Shown piece after piece: positions 25,296 to 41,500 of a DNA stretch of 64,000 bases (positions are counted from its first letter, which is position 1; every line of letters starts with the position of its first letter). The DNA is from Octopus vulgaris. Its lineage: Eukaryota. The notes below the pieces were generated by a model, which was not told where the DNA came from, did not search any database, and saw only the letters and a list, made by a program, of their open reading frames with translations. The stretch covers positions 59,892,001-59,956,000 of the forward strand of contig OX597818.1 of the NCBI GenBank assembly GCA_951406725.2, read 5' to 3'. The translations under genes and the position numbers were made by a program.

Positions 25296-25759
25296 GCTCA
25301 GCAACAACAATAACCGCACAAACATGCCAATACCAATGTTACCGATATAATCCTCCATTACCTGATCCATCAATCCCGCAATCCATTTTCTTTTCTCACT
25401 ATTCCAGGACGTTTGGGAAGTGTGGGAAGAGTCCTCGGGCATCCTCTCTCCAGGCGCTATATCAGATGCAACCGCTATTACACTTTCCAACTGGATTGCC
25501 GATGAGATCAACTAAGACTATAGATATTATCCAGCTATCTTGTCGGTGAATCGTTTTTCTAATCATACGTCCGTAGAACCGGAGATGTGGTCTCTCATTG
25601 TGGAGAAGTAGCGGCTTGATCTGCTCTGCAAGGAACGTATCCTATCGTGTAATGTTTACTTTCGGAGAACCCCTATTTTGGCTGCTTGTATACATGATCA
25701 AACTCTTCCGGTCGTTACTCATCATTCATGACCATTCATGACCATAACTAAGGATAGGA

Positions 25760-25866
25760 CGAGATTAGTAACTTCCGGCCCACCACTCTACTAAACACAG
25801 ATTTAAAGATTTTGCCCAAGGTGTTAGCAAAAAGGTTGGCACGGGACGTGGACGAACTTGTGAGGA
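25760..25866 (+). mobile_element. LINE reverse transcriptase fragment (L1/Tx1-like)
   Basis: Translates ISNFRPTTLLNTDLKILPKVLAKRL, matching the RT motif N(W/F)RPISLLNTDYKILAKVLA.RL. Confidence 0.75.
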
Positions 25867-26579
25867 GGATGAAAACTGAATTCGAGCTAGCAATCCGGTT
25901 TCGGATTTTTTTGTCAACCTCTGCACTTCAGAGTATCGAATACTGAAAGCTGGTGCAATATTGAGCCAGCACTAGAAATTCTAGTTTCCAATCCAGCTTC
26001 CTGCTTCCCATTACCAGACCCAAATCGATATATTACGATGACAGTGAAAGCTATGTTCACAATCATGTTCAGCAACACCAACATTATGACCATCACCGTG
26101 GCTATGGCCATTAATGACATGGTCTGTCTTACAGCCATCGTAACCTCACAAACCTTATTACAACAACATGTCTTATTTTGCCATCATGTAGCTGCGTCTG
26201 GACGAGAACACGATGATGATGAAATGAAAGAAATGGTTGATGAGAAAAGCAACAACGCCAGCAGATTGCCGCATTCTCGAAAACATCGTTCGTTTATTTT
26301 TAAAAAAAACCAAATGAGGTATTAAACCTCTTACCTCAGTTCAATAATAATTGACGCAATCGGCTTTACAAATTGAGGCGCTGGGCCTCTTACCAAAGAA
26401 TACAAACAATGTAACAATAAAAATGGAGACAATAAGGGCTTCTTTCCTCTCTCTTCTACCAGGCCATATGCCTCCTGCAGGAAATCCTGTAGTTCTAGGT
26501 TGGTGCCCCAAAAGGCAAACCTATACTGGCTCTTCGAAAAGGAGTCCATCACCCTGAACATTTAAACGTCCGTTAGGAC

Positions 26580-27760
26580 CTCTGCAGGTAACTGTGGCAC
26601 AATTACCATCGACGAGGTTTCAGGACATTCCGGCAGTCCACTATCAAGCGCCGGCAATGTCCCGTTCTTTGTTTTTTTCCTTTTTTTACCTCCCTTGAGC
26701 TACAGGAGGATGTAGTACCTCCGTTTTATCAGAAGGATCTTCCCTCTCTCCTGCAGCTTTAGGGTCCTTCGGTGGGCAACCGTTGTTGCCCAACTTCTTC
26801 CCTTTTTCCTTTTTTCGAGGAGGTCTCCACCTCCTCGACTACTTCCATCTCTCCCCCCAATGGGGCAGTGGGGGCGTTACTTTTATTTACTGCTCCAGGA
26901 CTTTACCTTGGTCCTAGGGACAGTTTTTTAATGTGAAGAAACAGAATCTGTTGCCTTTCTAAGGGCTGGCTCGCAAACTTGGGAGCCACCTCAGAGGTGT
27001 CCAATAGCAACCACACCGTCGTGTACTTAACATCCTTGCAATAAACTTAATAGCTGGTGGATATTCTGCCAACTCTTTTTCAATTTCAACTTTGGGAAAG
27101 ACAGTAATGGTGTCGAATGACTTAGAATAAGTCCTCAACACCACTGTTCTCTCATGTAAGTCTCTTAACCACTACTTGGATGGGACAATCTCCCAGTCTA
27201 ACGCAGTTTTTACCCTCTTTGCCATGCTTGCAGAAAAAGTCCAATAAATACTTCACAACAAAAAGTCTAAATAAAGTAATATAAAAACAAAAAATGAACA
27301 TAAAGACAGAGCAGAGGAAAAGAAAGAAGGGAGACAGTTCAAGTCACAGCAACATACAATTCTGGCCACCCGGTAATCCTGGCCAACAAGGTACACCCAA
27401 AACAAGGTACTCCAAAAAGGTATTCTAGGGTCACAGCCGCAGGAACACAAAGACATCCGCCAGAAATTGGTTGAATTTTCCAAAATATTTCACAATTTTT
27501 CGGAGGTGAGATACGCCCCCAAAATAACAATTCTCACAAAGTGAGTCACTTAGCGCGAACTGCAGACAGACAAATGTCCGGTACCCAGTGAGGATTTCTT
27601 ATTTGTAAAAAGAAAAACAATATCAAATTACAAAACCCCATTAAATCCCCCCAAATCAGTGGCCTACTTACAGTCGCGCCTTCAAAAGTTCTCCGCTTCA
27701 AGACAGCTGCGAAAGCACGTCTTAACAGCATTCAGTCTGGATGTAACCTACTAACGCATG
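26580..27760 (-). mobile_element. Probable 5' UTR and decayed ORF1 of a LINE (Tx1-like)
   Basis: GC-richer block; minus strand MAKRVKTALDWEIVPSK*WLRDLHERTVVLRTYSKSFDTITVFPKVEIEKEL, similar in pattern to 60219-60880. Family call is inference. Confidence 0.45.
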
Positions 27761-28632
27761 CGCAGTAAGCAAGCTACTTACCACACAGCGACTCCTACGT
27801 TTATTCTATCGGTCTGTATGACATAATCGCTTAAATTTCTTGAAATAGCAGCCAAATTTTCCTCATAGAATACCATAGATTCTTTCTAAAATGTTTAATT
27901 ATATATAGTCCTGCATGCAATTGTGTTTTATCTTTAACCAGGCGGAATATCAGTACTCAATGCCCCTTACAGAGGCTTCAAGGCTAGTGTGAATCGGGTA
28001 GGGGGAGGAGCGGAGGGAGGAAGATATCCATAAACCGGAATCCAGGGTCCAATGCTTAAAACGGGGTAGATTTTCTTAAACGTAAACACAACTCTAGTTG
28101 GTGATGTGAAACCAGGCGACGGAAAAGTCTACAACTCAAGTAGACCGTGGTGGGATTTGAACTCAGAACGCATCGAATGCCAAAAGGCATCCGCTGCGCT
28201 GTGTTTACAGTTCCGTCAATTAAGCATCTTTCACTAGTGTACCTTTTATGGACCACCCCTGCCCAACGAAAAAATGAAGTTCACCCCTGAGGGATTTGAA
28301 CTCGAAAATCTCCACCAATTCATACGAAACATATAGTCACACTTGAAAACAAGATGAATTGTATCGTAGCAAGCTGGATTGACCAAGGGTTAAATACCAT
28401 CATCATCAACGGTTACTACTACTACTAATACTACTGCTGTTGATGTTGCTGCTGCTATTACTACTACTGCAAATAAACTAATGGAAGTTTCAATCGTTAT
28501 TGAAGGGCACCTGTTTTGTATCTTTAATGCCAAACAAGATATGACCAAGCAGATGTTATTGTGGATTGATATCAAAATACGAGTTTTGAAATACGAGCAG
28601 GCTTTTTGTGTCGCTATTGAATTAACAACGAA

Positions 28633-29219
28633 GCGGAGAGTTGGCAGAAACGTTAGCGCGCCGGGCGAAATGCTTAACGGTATTTCGTCTGCCGCTATGT
28701 TCTGAGTTCAAATTCCGCCGAGGTCGACTTTGCCTTTCATCCTTTCGGGGGTCAATTAAAATAAGTACCAGTTACGCACTGGGATCGATGTAATCGACTT
28801 AATCCGTTTGTCTGTCCTTGTTTGTCCCCTCTGTGTTTAGCCCCTTGTGGGTAGTAAAGAAATAGGTATTTCGTCTGTCGTTACGTTCTGAGTTCAAATT
28901 CCACCGAGGTCGACTTTGCCTTTCATCCTTTCGGGGTCGAATGAATAAGTACCAGTTACGCAATGGGGTCGATATAATCGACTTAATCCCTTTGTCTGTT
29001 TTTGTTTGTCCTCTCTGTGTTTAGCCCCTTGTGGGTAGTAAAGAAGTAGAAACAGGTATTTCGTTTGTCTTTACGTTCTGAGTTCAGATTCTGCCGAGAC
29101 TGACTTTTCATTTCATCCTGTCGGGGTCGATAAATTAAGTACCAGTTACGTACTGGAGTCGATCTAATCGACTGGGCCCTTCTCCCAAAATTTCGGGCCT
29201 TGTGCTTAGATTATAAAAC
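28633..29219 (+). mobile_element. SINE family B trimer, last unit with alternative 3' end
   Basis: Terminal unit ends GATCTAATCGACTGGGCCC...AAAATTTCGGGCCTTGTGC. Confidence 0.9.
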
Positions 29220-29497
29220 AATTTTCATTTAAACAACCACGAGCAATGGTATGTAGAACCGGTAGAGTTTCTGACTGAAAAACCCCTCACCATATTTCGT
29301 ACAGCCTAGAAAGTATTGTAATAAAGTGTAATTGAATTAGAATTCAAACTTAGTCATCAAATTTACCCCCATCAAAAGAAAATCGAAAGTACAGAACAAA
29401 TTAGGCATTTTACAAAGATGTCTTAAATAGTATCTGAGGCGAAATACGAAAGACAAACAGGCTTTAATAGATTTTCACAAACAGATTTTTCTGTATA

Positions 29498-29727
29498 TAT
29501 TTCTTTATTACCCACAAGGGGCGAACATAGAGGGGACAAACAAGGACAGACAAACGGATTAAGTCGATTACATCGACCCCAGTATGCAACTGGTACTTGT
29601 TTTATCGACCTCGAAAGGATGAAAGGCAAAGTCGACCTCGGCGGAATTTGAACTCAGAACGTAACGGCAGACGAAATATGGCTAAGCATTTCGCCCGGCG
29701 CGCTAACGTCTCTGCCAGCTCGCCACC
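29498..29727 (-). mobile_element. SINE family B monomer
   Basis: Reverse complement of family B. Confidence 0.9.
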
Positions 29728-29862
29728 TCGTCTTTCTGTATATGTTCCATAGATATATTAAATTACAGTTTTTCCTTCGAATTTACGTTCCGAGTTCAAG
29801 TCCGGCCGGTCACTGTTGGCTATTTAGTTCCATTTTAGGGTTAATTCGAAAATACCGGTTGA

Positions 29863-30086
29863 AACCATTAAGTCCCACAGGACTTAAATTTCTGAATATT
29901 ACTTTTAATTTTTTACAGATGATTGAAAATAGGTTAAAATGAAAGAAATAATTATTAGAACTCCTTTACTTCAAATAGAAATGGAAATACTCGGTGTATT
30001 ATAAATAGGACACTAGGACAATGTGATATAGCTTATTTAATGTCCTCATTTAGTGTCCTATTTATAGGACAGTGGGACTTAATGTG
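29863..30086. mobile_element. piggyBac-like MITE with subterminal hairpin
   Basis: TIR CATTAAGTCCCAC / GTGGGACTTAATG with TTAA after the right end; internal inverted repeat ATAAATAGGACACTA / TAGTGTCCTATTTAT at 30001-30065. Confidence 0.6.
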
Positions 30087-31143
30087 TTAAACGATTATAT
30101 CCGCCCCTAAAAGTTGTGGCCTCTGCATTAAATATCATTAGCAACAGGAACAAATGGAGAAGCCTCTACGTTGTCTCTTGACCTATTAAAAGTCAGAGCC
30201 AAACTACCCCTAAGCACAGCCAAACGCCTTTAAAGATTGAATGATGTAGTTTTGTAAGTACATAAAACGTAAATAGCAAAGACATGGTTAGAATGCTTTC
30301 GATCAGAGGTCTGCTCGATTTGGGAAGACCTAGAGCTAAACGCAAGCAATAATACTGATATAGATTTAACATCCAGTAAATTTATTCTGAGACCTGTCAG
30401 ATGCTATGATATAGAACAACTTATATGTGAGCATTTATTGACCGGCAAGTCATAGAAGCATTGCATGTTGATATTATTCAGTTTAACGACAGAAGTCGTA
30501 CAACTTTAATAACCCAACGACCTGGTGTCAGAGATAATGTTTGACATCGCCTACCACCAAACCGATCCGTGCAGAGATGCTACTGTCCAGATTTCGATCA
30601 GTTTCATAATAAAGTTTGTTTTCCTAATATTTCCCAGCCATCGAGGTTTATAAGTTACGATTCTTATCAGAGAGTTATGAGACGGCACAGTATTTCTTCG
30701 TTTTAGATTATAATCCTCACTTTTGAATTATTGCAAGCGAAGGACTTTCAATTCAAGTGTGTTTTTGTGTTTTTATTATTATTCAAATTCTTATTGGTGG
30801 ACGATTCTTATTCTGTTTTTTTTTCTTCAATATTTCCTTTTTATATTTTGGTGTCTCAAATTATAACGATTAAATATTTTCCTACTATAAAGTCATAATT
30901 TAGAAACTTCAACATTTAAAACCGAAATATTAGGAAATAACAAAAAAAATGAAGAAATGTAAATGATTGAAAATTGAGAATTATTGAAAATAGGAAATGT
31001 GGACATATCATTCATATTTCGAATGATTTAAGAAAGCATTTAGCATATCTTTAGATTAAAAGTGAGATTAAATAAACTACACTGGAATAATATTCAACTA
31101 TGTAATACAAGCCAAGAAAGTATAAATTTTGTGAATTATAATA

Positions 31144-31560
31144 GGCGCAGGAGTGGCTGTGTGGTTAGTAGCTTGCTTACCAACCACATGGTTCCGAGTT
31201 CGGTCCCACTGCGTGGCACCTTGGCCAAGTGTCTTCTACTATAGCCTCGGGCCGACCAAAGCCTTGTGAGTGGATTTGGTAGACGGAACCAGGAAGAAGC
31301 CCGTCGTATATATATGTATATATGTGTGTGTGTGTCTATCTGTCTGTATGTGTTTGCCCCCCACCCCCAACATCGCTTGACAACCGATGTTGGTGTGTTT
31401 ACGCGCCCGTAACTTAGCGGTTCGGTGAAATATACCCATAGAATAAGTACTAGGCTTCCAAAGAATAAGTCTTTCGGTCGATTTGCTCGACTGAAGGCGG
31501 TGCTCCAGTATGGCCGCAGTCAAATGACTGAAACAAGTAAAAGAGTAAAAGAGTAAAAAG
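31144..31560 (+). mobile_element. SINE family A
   Basis: Family A head to tail. Confidence 0.92.
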
Positions 31561-32037
31561 TGTATTAATCAGTTAAGAGAGAACTTGTAATTATAATCAA
31601 AAGCGATTGATTGTTGCTGAAGCATTAATGAAACCAAAGGGATAGCTCTTCATACAAGTTACAGTATGCTAAGAATAACACTACAAGTGGATGGTCATCG
31701 CTGGAACACTTAATCGTGAGACCTTTTATTCAATCCTGACTCGTGGCTAAAGTGAAGCAACATCTCAAACACCATATCGCCATCGATATCGCGAGCAACT
31801 AGATCGCTTTCAAAACTCAAATGTTACTGTCTTGCAAAAATGAAGTGCAAGTTGGTTAAAATGAAGAATAACCCCAAATAAACAGGATTCCTACGGTTAG
31901 GACGATTGTGTCCGTAGGTCTATTGGGTAATCCTTCATCTGGAAATAAACAGCAACCGCAATGAGATAAAAGGTACAGAAAACATTGCATGTCTGTATTA
32001 AAATTAGGCATCAAAGAGATGTAAGTGTTAGTACTTA

Positions 32038-32420
32038 TCTATATATATATATAAAGCTGAAGCTGTCTGTGTGGCAGGTTTGGTAGCCTTCAACTAACAT
32101 ATTCTCCTCTGAGACCCTACGATGCAAGTTGACCAAAATTGAGAGTATGATAGAAGAAGGTTTGCTCTTCATTCCGTAGATAAAATTCAAATCGGACCAT
32201 ATTATGACCAAAAATTATTTACGTCAAAAAGATGGGTTTTTTTTGCTATGAAAATCCCAATCTTTTATGATTTTTTGACTGCTGTGTCGCCATTTTTCTG
32301 TGTATTTCAATGTTCACTTAAAGAGAATAACAAGCTACATAATGCAAAATTTTTACTTTTCAAAAATTTTAATTCTAAAGGGTCGAAACAAACCCGAGCA
32401 ACGCCGGGCGATACTACTAG
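32038..32420 (+). mobile_element. Non-autonomous Helitron
   Basis: 5' TC after A, 3' hairpin CCCGAGCAACGCCGGG, terminal CTAG followed by T; no TSD. Confidence 0.85.
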
Positions 32421-32744
32421 TAATAAATTAATGCGTTGAATGCAATTCTGGTTATGAAAGGCATGAGTTATTGAATATATCCATGACACACATACAGATA
32501 ATCATACACCACACACAATTTGTCTTCCCGCTCAATGAATAAACGTAAAACGCCATAGAACATGGAGCTGAAATATCTTCAGCAGACGGCAATGAGATTA
32601 TAGCGGCCTCACTAAAAACTCCTTCGATAAATGTTTCACTGAACACTTGTACTCTGTCAGATATATACACAAGCAAAGCAGGGCCCCCTCTATCTCAATT
32701 AAACTGGATGTCAGAGTATATATTAAATAAAAAATATTAACATA

Positions 32745-33157
32745 GGCGCAGGTGTGACTGTGTGGTAAGTAGATTGCTTACCAACCACATGGGTCCGTGT
32801 TCAGTCCCACTGCGTGGCACCTTGGGTAAGTGCCTTCTACTATAGCCTCGGGCCGACCAAAGCCTTGTAAGTGGATTTGGTAGACGGAAACTGAAAGAAG
32901 CCCGTCGTATATATATATATATATATATGCGTGTGTATGTTTGTGTGTCCGTGTTTGTCCCTCTAGCATTGCTTGACAACCGATGCTGGTGTGTTTATGT
33001 CCCCGTCACTTAGCGGTTCGCCAAAAGAGTCCGATAGAATCAGTACTAAGCTTACAAAGAGTAAGTCCCGGAGTCGATTTGCTCGACTAAAGACGGTGCT
33101 CCAACATGGCCGCTGTCAAATGACTGAAACAAGTAAAAGAGTAAAAGAGTAAAGAGT
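32745..33157 (+). mobile_element. SINE family A
   Basis: Family A head to tail. Confidence 0.92.
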
Positions 33158-33431
33158 ATATCCCAATTAAATGTGGAAAAGATGGAAATTTTGCTTATCC
33201 GAAAAATACACTATTCAAGATGCTGCATATCAAATGAGAACAAGTTTTCCAAATACGGTCACAAAATTTGCATTTCTTGAGCTATTTTTGTCTCTGAGGT
33301 ATAACCTCTGACGAGCGAAGACCAGGCAACGCAGTTTTTATCAACACATTTATAGCAGAATTCCGTGGCTCCCAATTTAATGAATATCCGTGATTTCGAG
33401 ATTTCATATGAGGAGGTATGATACTGGATAA

Positions 33432-33800
33432 GGCGGCGAGCTGCCGCTACGTTCTGAGTTCAAATTCCGCCGAGGTCGACTTTGCATTTCATCCTTTCGG
33501 GGTCGATTAAATAAGTACCAGTTACGCACTGGGGACGATATAATCGACTTAATCCGTTTGTCTGTCTTTCTTTGTCTTCTCTGTGTTTAGCCCCTTGTGG
33601 GTAGTAAAGAAATAGGTATTCCATCTGTGTTTACGTTCTGAGATCAAATTCCGCCGAGGTCGACTTTGCCTTTCATCCTGTCGGGGTCGATAAATTAAAT
33701 ACCAGTTACGCACTGAAGTCGATGTAATCGAATAAATCCCTGTGTCTGTCCTTGTTTGTCCCTTCTGTGTTTAGCCCCTTATGGATAGTAATTAAATAGG
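33432..33800 (+). mobile_element. SINE family B dimer with internal head deletion
   Basis: GGCGGCGAGCTG joined directly to CCGCTACGTTCTGAG; TSD GTAT(G/C)ATACTGGA. Confidence 0.85.
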
Positions 33801-34258
33801 TATCATACTGGAAGTATCTATAGAATAGTAATTTCAGTATATAGGAACGGTGCCGTTACTCCAGCAACAGTTGTTATGAAAAGAAATGGTTTAGACAGTT
33901 AAATAGAATTTAAGCCGTGAGAAAGAAGAGAAGTCTGACATTTCTGAAATAAACAGTTGTCGAAAAACGATGTAATGTCGAGAGTTGCTCAAGGGAGAAT
34001 AAATGAGATTTGTTAAAGAGAAAGAGGAAGAAAGAAAGAGCTTGAAAGGAAAGTGAAAGAGAAGGTGTGAGGGAAGGAAGGAATATAGGAGTTAAAGAAG
34101 TGGAGGGGGAGTGTTTTGGTGAGATTAACAAGTGTACGTGGAGGACATTGAGCGGAAAGCGAAGAAGCTAGAAAACCAGCCAGTAGATGGGAAGAGGGCT
34201 GAGGTGCATAAGGGCAGAAACGAGAGAATATCTTATAGACGTACAAGTACGTATACAT

Positions 34259-34445
34259 ATGATGGCTGACCCCTTGTTATCGAGTTTGGCCATTGCACGA
34301 AGCTTAACAGTTATTGGTGCTGTGATCGAATGTGACTTTTTAGCTCAGCTAAAGATCTACAATGTCTTGTACAGAATTGGCAGCTAAAACCTTTACATAC
34401 ATACATACATTTATATATTCATACATACATACATACATACATACA

Positions 34446-34480
<35 letters not shown>

Positions 34481-34680
34481 TATGGCTGCCCCCTCGTTAT
34501 CAAGTATGGCCATTGCACGAAGCTTAACTGTTACTGGTGCTGTGATCGAAGGTGACTTTTTAGCCCAGCTAAAGATCTATATACAAGATCTGTCTTGTAC
34601 AGAATTGGCAGCTAAAAACTTTACCGGCAATAGCCGGCTGTAGTTCTAGCTGGGCTTCATGTACCTTTGCATGTCGTTTA
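34259..34680. repeat. ~140 bp direct duplication separated by (CATA)n, possibly a LINE 3' end
   Basis: ATGGCTG.CCCCT.GTTATC...AATTGGCAGCTAAAA at 34262-34389 and 34483-34618. Confidence 0.7.
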
Positions 34681-35228
34681 AGTCTTCCTGCAGAATTACA
34701 TATTTATGTACATACATGTATAAGAGTCTATAGGCCATGCAAAAGAAAATATGCAGCTACGCAAGTATTCTAGTAGCCATTCTTGAGTTTTTGCACATAT
34801 GACTATGTGTGTGTGTGCGTGTGTGTGTGTGTATGTGTGAGTGTGTGTTTTTTGGGAACTAATGGGTGTATGTGAATGAATGTGTTGCCTAAAGCACGTT
34901 CACTATTATTATTATTGTTGTTGTTGTTGCTACTGTTGTTATATGTATATACATATATATATACACACACATTTATGTATACGCATATATATATATATAT
35001 ATATAAACATAGACATATTACATACATACCATATGTATAAGCATATTTGTGTATATAGCCACGCATACATTTGGAGAACATAGTTGTACATGGATACGTA
35101 CGAACACACGCATAGATAGATAGATAGATAGATATATAGACAGACAGACATACAGACAGACAGACAGACAGATAGATAGATAGATAGATAGATAGGTAGG
35201 TAGGTAGGTAGGTAGGTAGGTAGGTAGG

Positions 35229-35279
<51 letters not shown>

Positions 35280-35384
35280 GTAGGTAGGTAGGTAGGTAGG
35301 TAGGTAGGTAGGTAGGTAGGTGCTAATGATTCTGGCAGCACGCCGCCAAATAATAATAATAATGATAATACTTACAATAATAAT

Positions 35385-35990
35385 CCTTTCTACTAAAGGC
35401 ACAAGACTCGAAATTTTCTATGGAAGGGATCAGTCGATTACACCGACCCCAGTGTCACACTAGTACATAGTTTATCGACCCCGAAATGGATGAAAGGCAA
35501 ATTCGATGGTAGCAGAATTTGAACTAAGCATCTAAAGGCGAATGGTAATGCCGCTAAGCATTTTGTTCGGCATGCTAGCGATTCTTATTTCTTTACTACC
35601 CACAAGGGGCTAAACACAGAGGGGAAAATCAAGGACAGACAAACGGATTAAGTCGATTAGATCGACACTAGTGCGTAACTGGAACTTAACTTATCGACCC
35701 CGAAAGGATGAAAGGCAAAGTCGACCTCGGCGGAATTTGAACTCAGAACGTAACGGCAGACGAAATACCTATTTCTTTATTACCCACAAGGGTCTAAACA
35801 CAGAGGGAACAAACAAGGACAGACATAGGTATTAAGTCGATTACATCGACCCCAGTGCGTAACTGGTACTTAATTTATCGACCCCGAAAGGATGAAAGGA
35901 AAAGTCGACCTCGGCGGAATTTGAACTCACAACGTAACGCAGACGAAATAACGCTACGCATTTTGCCCGGCGTGCTAACGTTTCTGCCAC
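35385..35990 (-). mobile_element. SINE family B dimer plus older variant
   Basis: Reverse complement of family B units. Confidence 0.85.
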
Positions 35991-36548
35991 ATCCCTCCCT
36001 CAGTTGTGTTAATAGTGAAACAATTTATAAAGTCTATTATATGTTTTTCAGCAACAATAAGTAAATTATTCGTGAGTAAATTATTTGTAATTTACTCACC
36101 AATTTCTGTTGCTTCTTCTGTCCGGAGGAAATAAAGCTATTTACATCTCAACTTTTGACTGGCTAACATAAATCATCTTCGAATCTGTTTTTATGTATGT
36201 TTCTTTTCTAATTTGGATCTTTGGTTTATGATATATGTTGTAAAGTTTGAGACTATACATTCTTGGAAATTAACCATTTTCAGAGTAGCTATGTTACTAT
36301 GGGTTAAGAAGAAGTAAGTTTTATAATCACGTCGTTGTTCCAAGTTCGATACCAACCTGCAGGCAGCTTAGCTAAGTGTTTTCGTCTGCTGACCTCGCGT
36401 TGAACAAAGCCTTACGATTAGAACTTTGTTGATTTGTTGATGAGACAGTGCAGAAGCTGACGATTGGTACTATTTATGTGATTGTGCATTGAACAGCTTT
36501 TATTCTCAGATATGTCAGTCTTGTATTGCGAAGACGTTGATGGATTAT

Positions 36549-36956
36549 ACTCTTTTTTACTCTTTTTATTTGTTTCAGTCATTTGACTGCGGCCATGCTG
36601 GAGCACCGCCTTTTAGTCGAGCAAATCGACCCCATGACTTATTCTTTGTAAGCCCAGTGCTTATTCTTATCGGTCTCTTTTGCCGAACCGCTAAGTGACG
36701 GGGACGTAAACACACCAACATCGGTTGTCAAGCAATGCTAGGGTGACAAACACAGACACACAAACATACACACACATACATATATATATATACATATATA
36801 CGACGGGCTTCTTTCAGTTTCCGTCTACCAAATCCACTCACAAGGCATTGGTCGGCCCGGGTCTATAGCAGAAGACACTTACCCAAGGTGCCACGCAGTG
36901 GGACTGAACCCGGAACCATGGGGTTGGTTAGCAAGCTACTTACCACACAGCCACTC
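36549..36956 (-). mobile_element. SINE family A
   Basis: Reverse complement of family A. Confidence 0.92.
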
Positions 36957-38482
36957 GAAAATTTCTGATAAATATCTTTTTACTTTCTCCACACTCAGAA
37001 AAAAATGGATCCACTTGATTGGTTTCGGATCTTATTTTAATCTCATCAGAAATACAAAACAGTTTTATCTCCTCGCAGAACGAATGAAAGCTACTAGCTG
37101 TATATAAACACAAAATGCTGTGCAATTGCCAAATTGGTGATTTTGATTGGCATAAATGTTCTTTTCTTCTCTAGGCACGAGGCCCGAGATTTTGGGGGAG
37201 AGGGCCAGGTGATTAGATCGATCCCAGTATGCAACTAGTACCGAACGTATGACAGGCAAAGTCGACTTTGACGGATAGCTAAAATTGTATTACAAACAAA
37301 AATACTTCTTTTCCTGTTCCATATCTGATCAGTCGCTGCCGTTATGAATCATACGCATGCGTCATATTTTCTTTTACTTGCTTCGGTAGCTTGACCGTGG
37401 CCATGCTGGAGCACCACCTTTAGTCCAGCAAAACGATCGCATGACTTATTCCTTGTAAGCCTAGTACATATTCTATCGGTCCTTTTTTTTGCCGATGTGC
37501 GAGGCGTGGGAAATGGCGGGGTACGGGGTCACAAGCGATACTGAAGAGGACTATGGGTAAGAGGATGGAAAGCCTCGATATTGTGAACTGATAAGAGGTT
37601 TGAAACTTCATTCTGTTTTTAACCAAGGTATGAGACGTAGTGCTTCATTTTTGTGTTTTAATGAACAATTATGAACACTTTTAAGAGGTTTATTACCTCA
37701 TGTATGATAAATAAGGGAGCAATGTTTTGGGGAAACAACAATCGGCTGGCGTTGCCTGTTTCCCCCATTAATCATCACTTTCACTTTTGATCTCATATAA
37801 CATTATGTCTGTATCCAGCCCGCAGCTTCCTTCTCTTTCTATGTAAGGCCATTATGGCCAATTTAATGAAATAAAGATGCTTGCTTCCCAACAACAGAGT
37901 TCCGGCATCCGTATCAATCCATAGCACCATGGGCAATTGTCATTAATATAGCCTCGGGTCAACCAAACGGATTAAGTCGATTATATCGACCCCAGTGCAT
38001 AACTGCTACTTATTTAATCGACCCCGAAAGGATTAAAGGCAAAGTCGACCTCGGCGGAATTTGAACTCAGAACGTAACGACAGACGAAATACGGCAAAGC
38101 ATTTCGCCCGGCGTGCTAACGTTTCTGCCAGCTCGCTGACTAAGAAAACTTTTATATTACCAACTTGTCCTGTAAAAGCAAATATCACCAATTCACCTTA
38201 ATATCGAATTCTAATGACTCAGGAATGCTGAATATACAGAATCATGTAGTGTATATTACACTATATCTGAGATATATGTGGTGGTCACGCTTGTTAAGTC
38301 TCTGGTTAGATGTTTACGTTTTCAGCGATAAGAAAAGGTTTTTTAAAAAATATTAGGTTCAAACACTATTATCTATTGATAATGTATTCCCCACTAGTTA
38401 TGAAATTTTGTTTTCGATTTTCAAGAGATGGCAGCACCGGAGATATGATTTCATATTTTTATTACCAAACAAAAGAATAACA

Positions 38483-40330
<1,848 letters not shown>

Positions 40331-40689
40331 TGTACAATATATACGGATTTATATATATTTCACTCCAACATTCTCCATATGATAATCTATTTCAAAGTAG
40401 AGATCTTGATGAAAGTATTTGTTTGGATATAAATGAAAATATATTCTCTACATTAAATGTCTTCGATTTATTGTTTACGTCTTCGGCACCACCGTCATCG
40501 ATGACGTGTTTGATTCCGTTGCTACTTAACTACAGACCAACTGTGATTGTACAGACAAACCTATTATCAAATTCTTATTTTGCAGCATGGCCATTCCATC
40601 TTCTTTGCAATACGATTAGCCAAATCAGTGATTATCTGCTGGGTCCATATGACCCTTGGAAGTCTATATAATATTTTGTGAACAATGAA

Positions 40690-41240
40690 AAGTGGAACGA
40701 CGATTAGGAGGTGGCTGTAGATTTACCAGGGTGCCAGGGACTCTTTCCCATCCCAGTTGCGAAAAAAAAAACGGATATTATAATGTGGTGTGAAAGAAAG
40801 AAAGTTGTGAATTTAGTCGAATTAACGGTTCCTCACGAAGATAATATGGACGCCGCTCGGGCTCGAAAGATTGACCGTTATGTAAACCTCCTCCAAGGAA
40901 TGTAAAGACGTCGGCTGTAAGGCGGAACATAATCCAATCGATGTCAGATGTAGAGGATTCTTTAGACATAGAGTGAGGTGACCGTTGTTATCGCTAGGCC
41001 TAACTCATCGTAAAGTCAATACCATCATGACCGATATCCAAACTACAGTGGAAAAGGCTAGCCATTGGATTTGGTTAAAAGGAGACGATGGGCGATGGCT
41101 AGAAGAATATCGAGCTTTATTTGATAACTGTTTGATCTAGCAAGCAGGGCGTCATATTAGTAAGGGGGCCGGTGCGCAGTGATGCCGTCCAGAGATAGCA
41201 CTCCCCACACAAAAAGAAAAAGACGGCGCGCATTCTCTCC
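40690..41240 (+). mobile_element. HERO-like (R2 group) non-LTR retrotransposon 3' fragment, restriction-like endonuclease domain
   Basis: Peptides VDLPG..LFPIPV, TDIIMWCERKKVVNLVELTVPHEDNMDAARARKIDRY, PIDVRCRGF and EKASHWIWLK fit the PD..D/ExK RLE domain of HERO-type elements. Confidence 0.78.
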
Positions 41241-41500
41241 TGATGACCCCATACACTTGCTGGCTTCCGGCATGCGGAGCTTTCGACTGGTAGCACTTGC
41301 GTATGCAAATTGTTAACAAAACAAACATTTACGTTCAATAGAATTGGTTAAACGTCTACGTTACACAAAATATTTCAACAAGGTTGTTTTTATGAATAGA
41401 ATTCCCAATAAAATTCAGTTCTAAAATCTAATGGGATTTTTAAAAACACTGATTATTTATTAGGGTCCAGTAGAGTGAAATAGGAATCAAGGAAATCCAT

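Noticed and set aside
33936-33980. GACAT...CTGAAAT...GAAA...GTA-ATGTC hammerhead-like pattern
   Set aside because: Core deviates from CUGANGA and stems II and III are not convincing.
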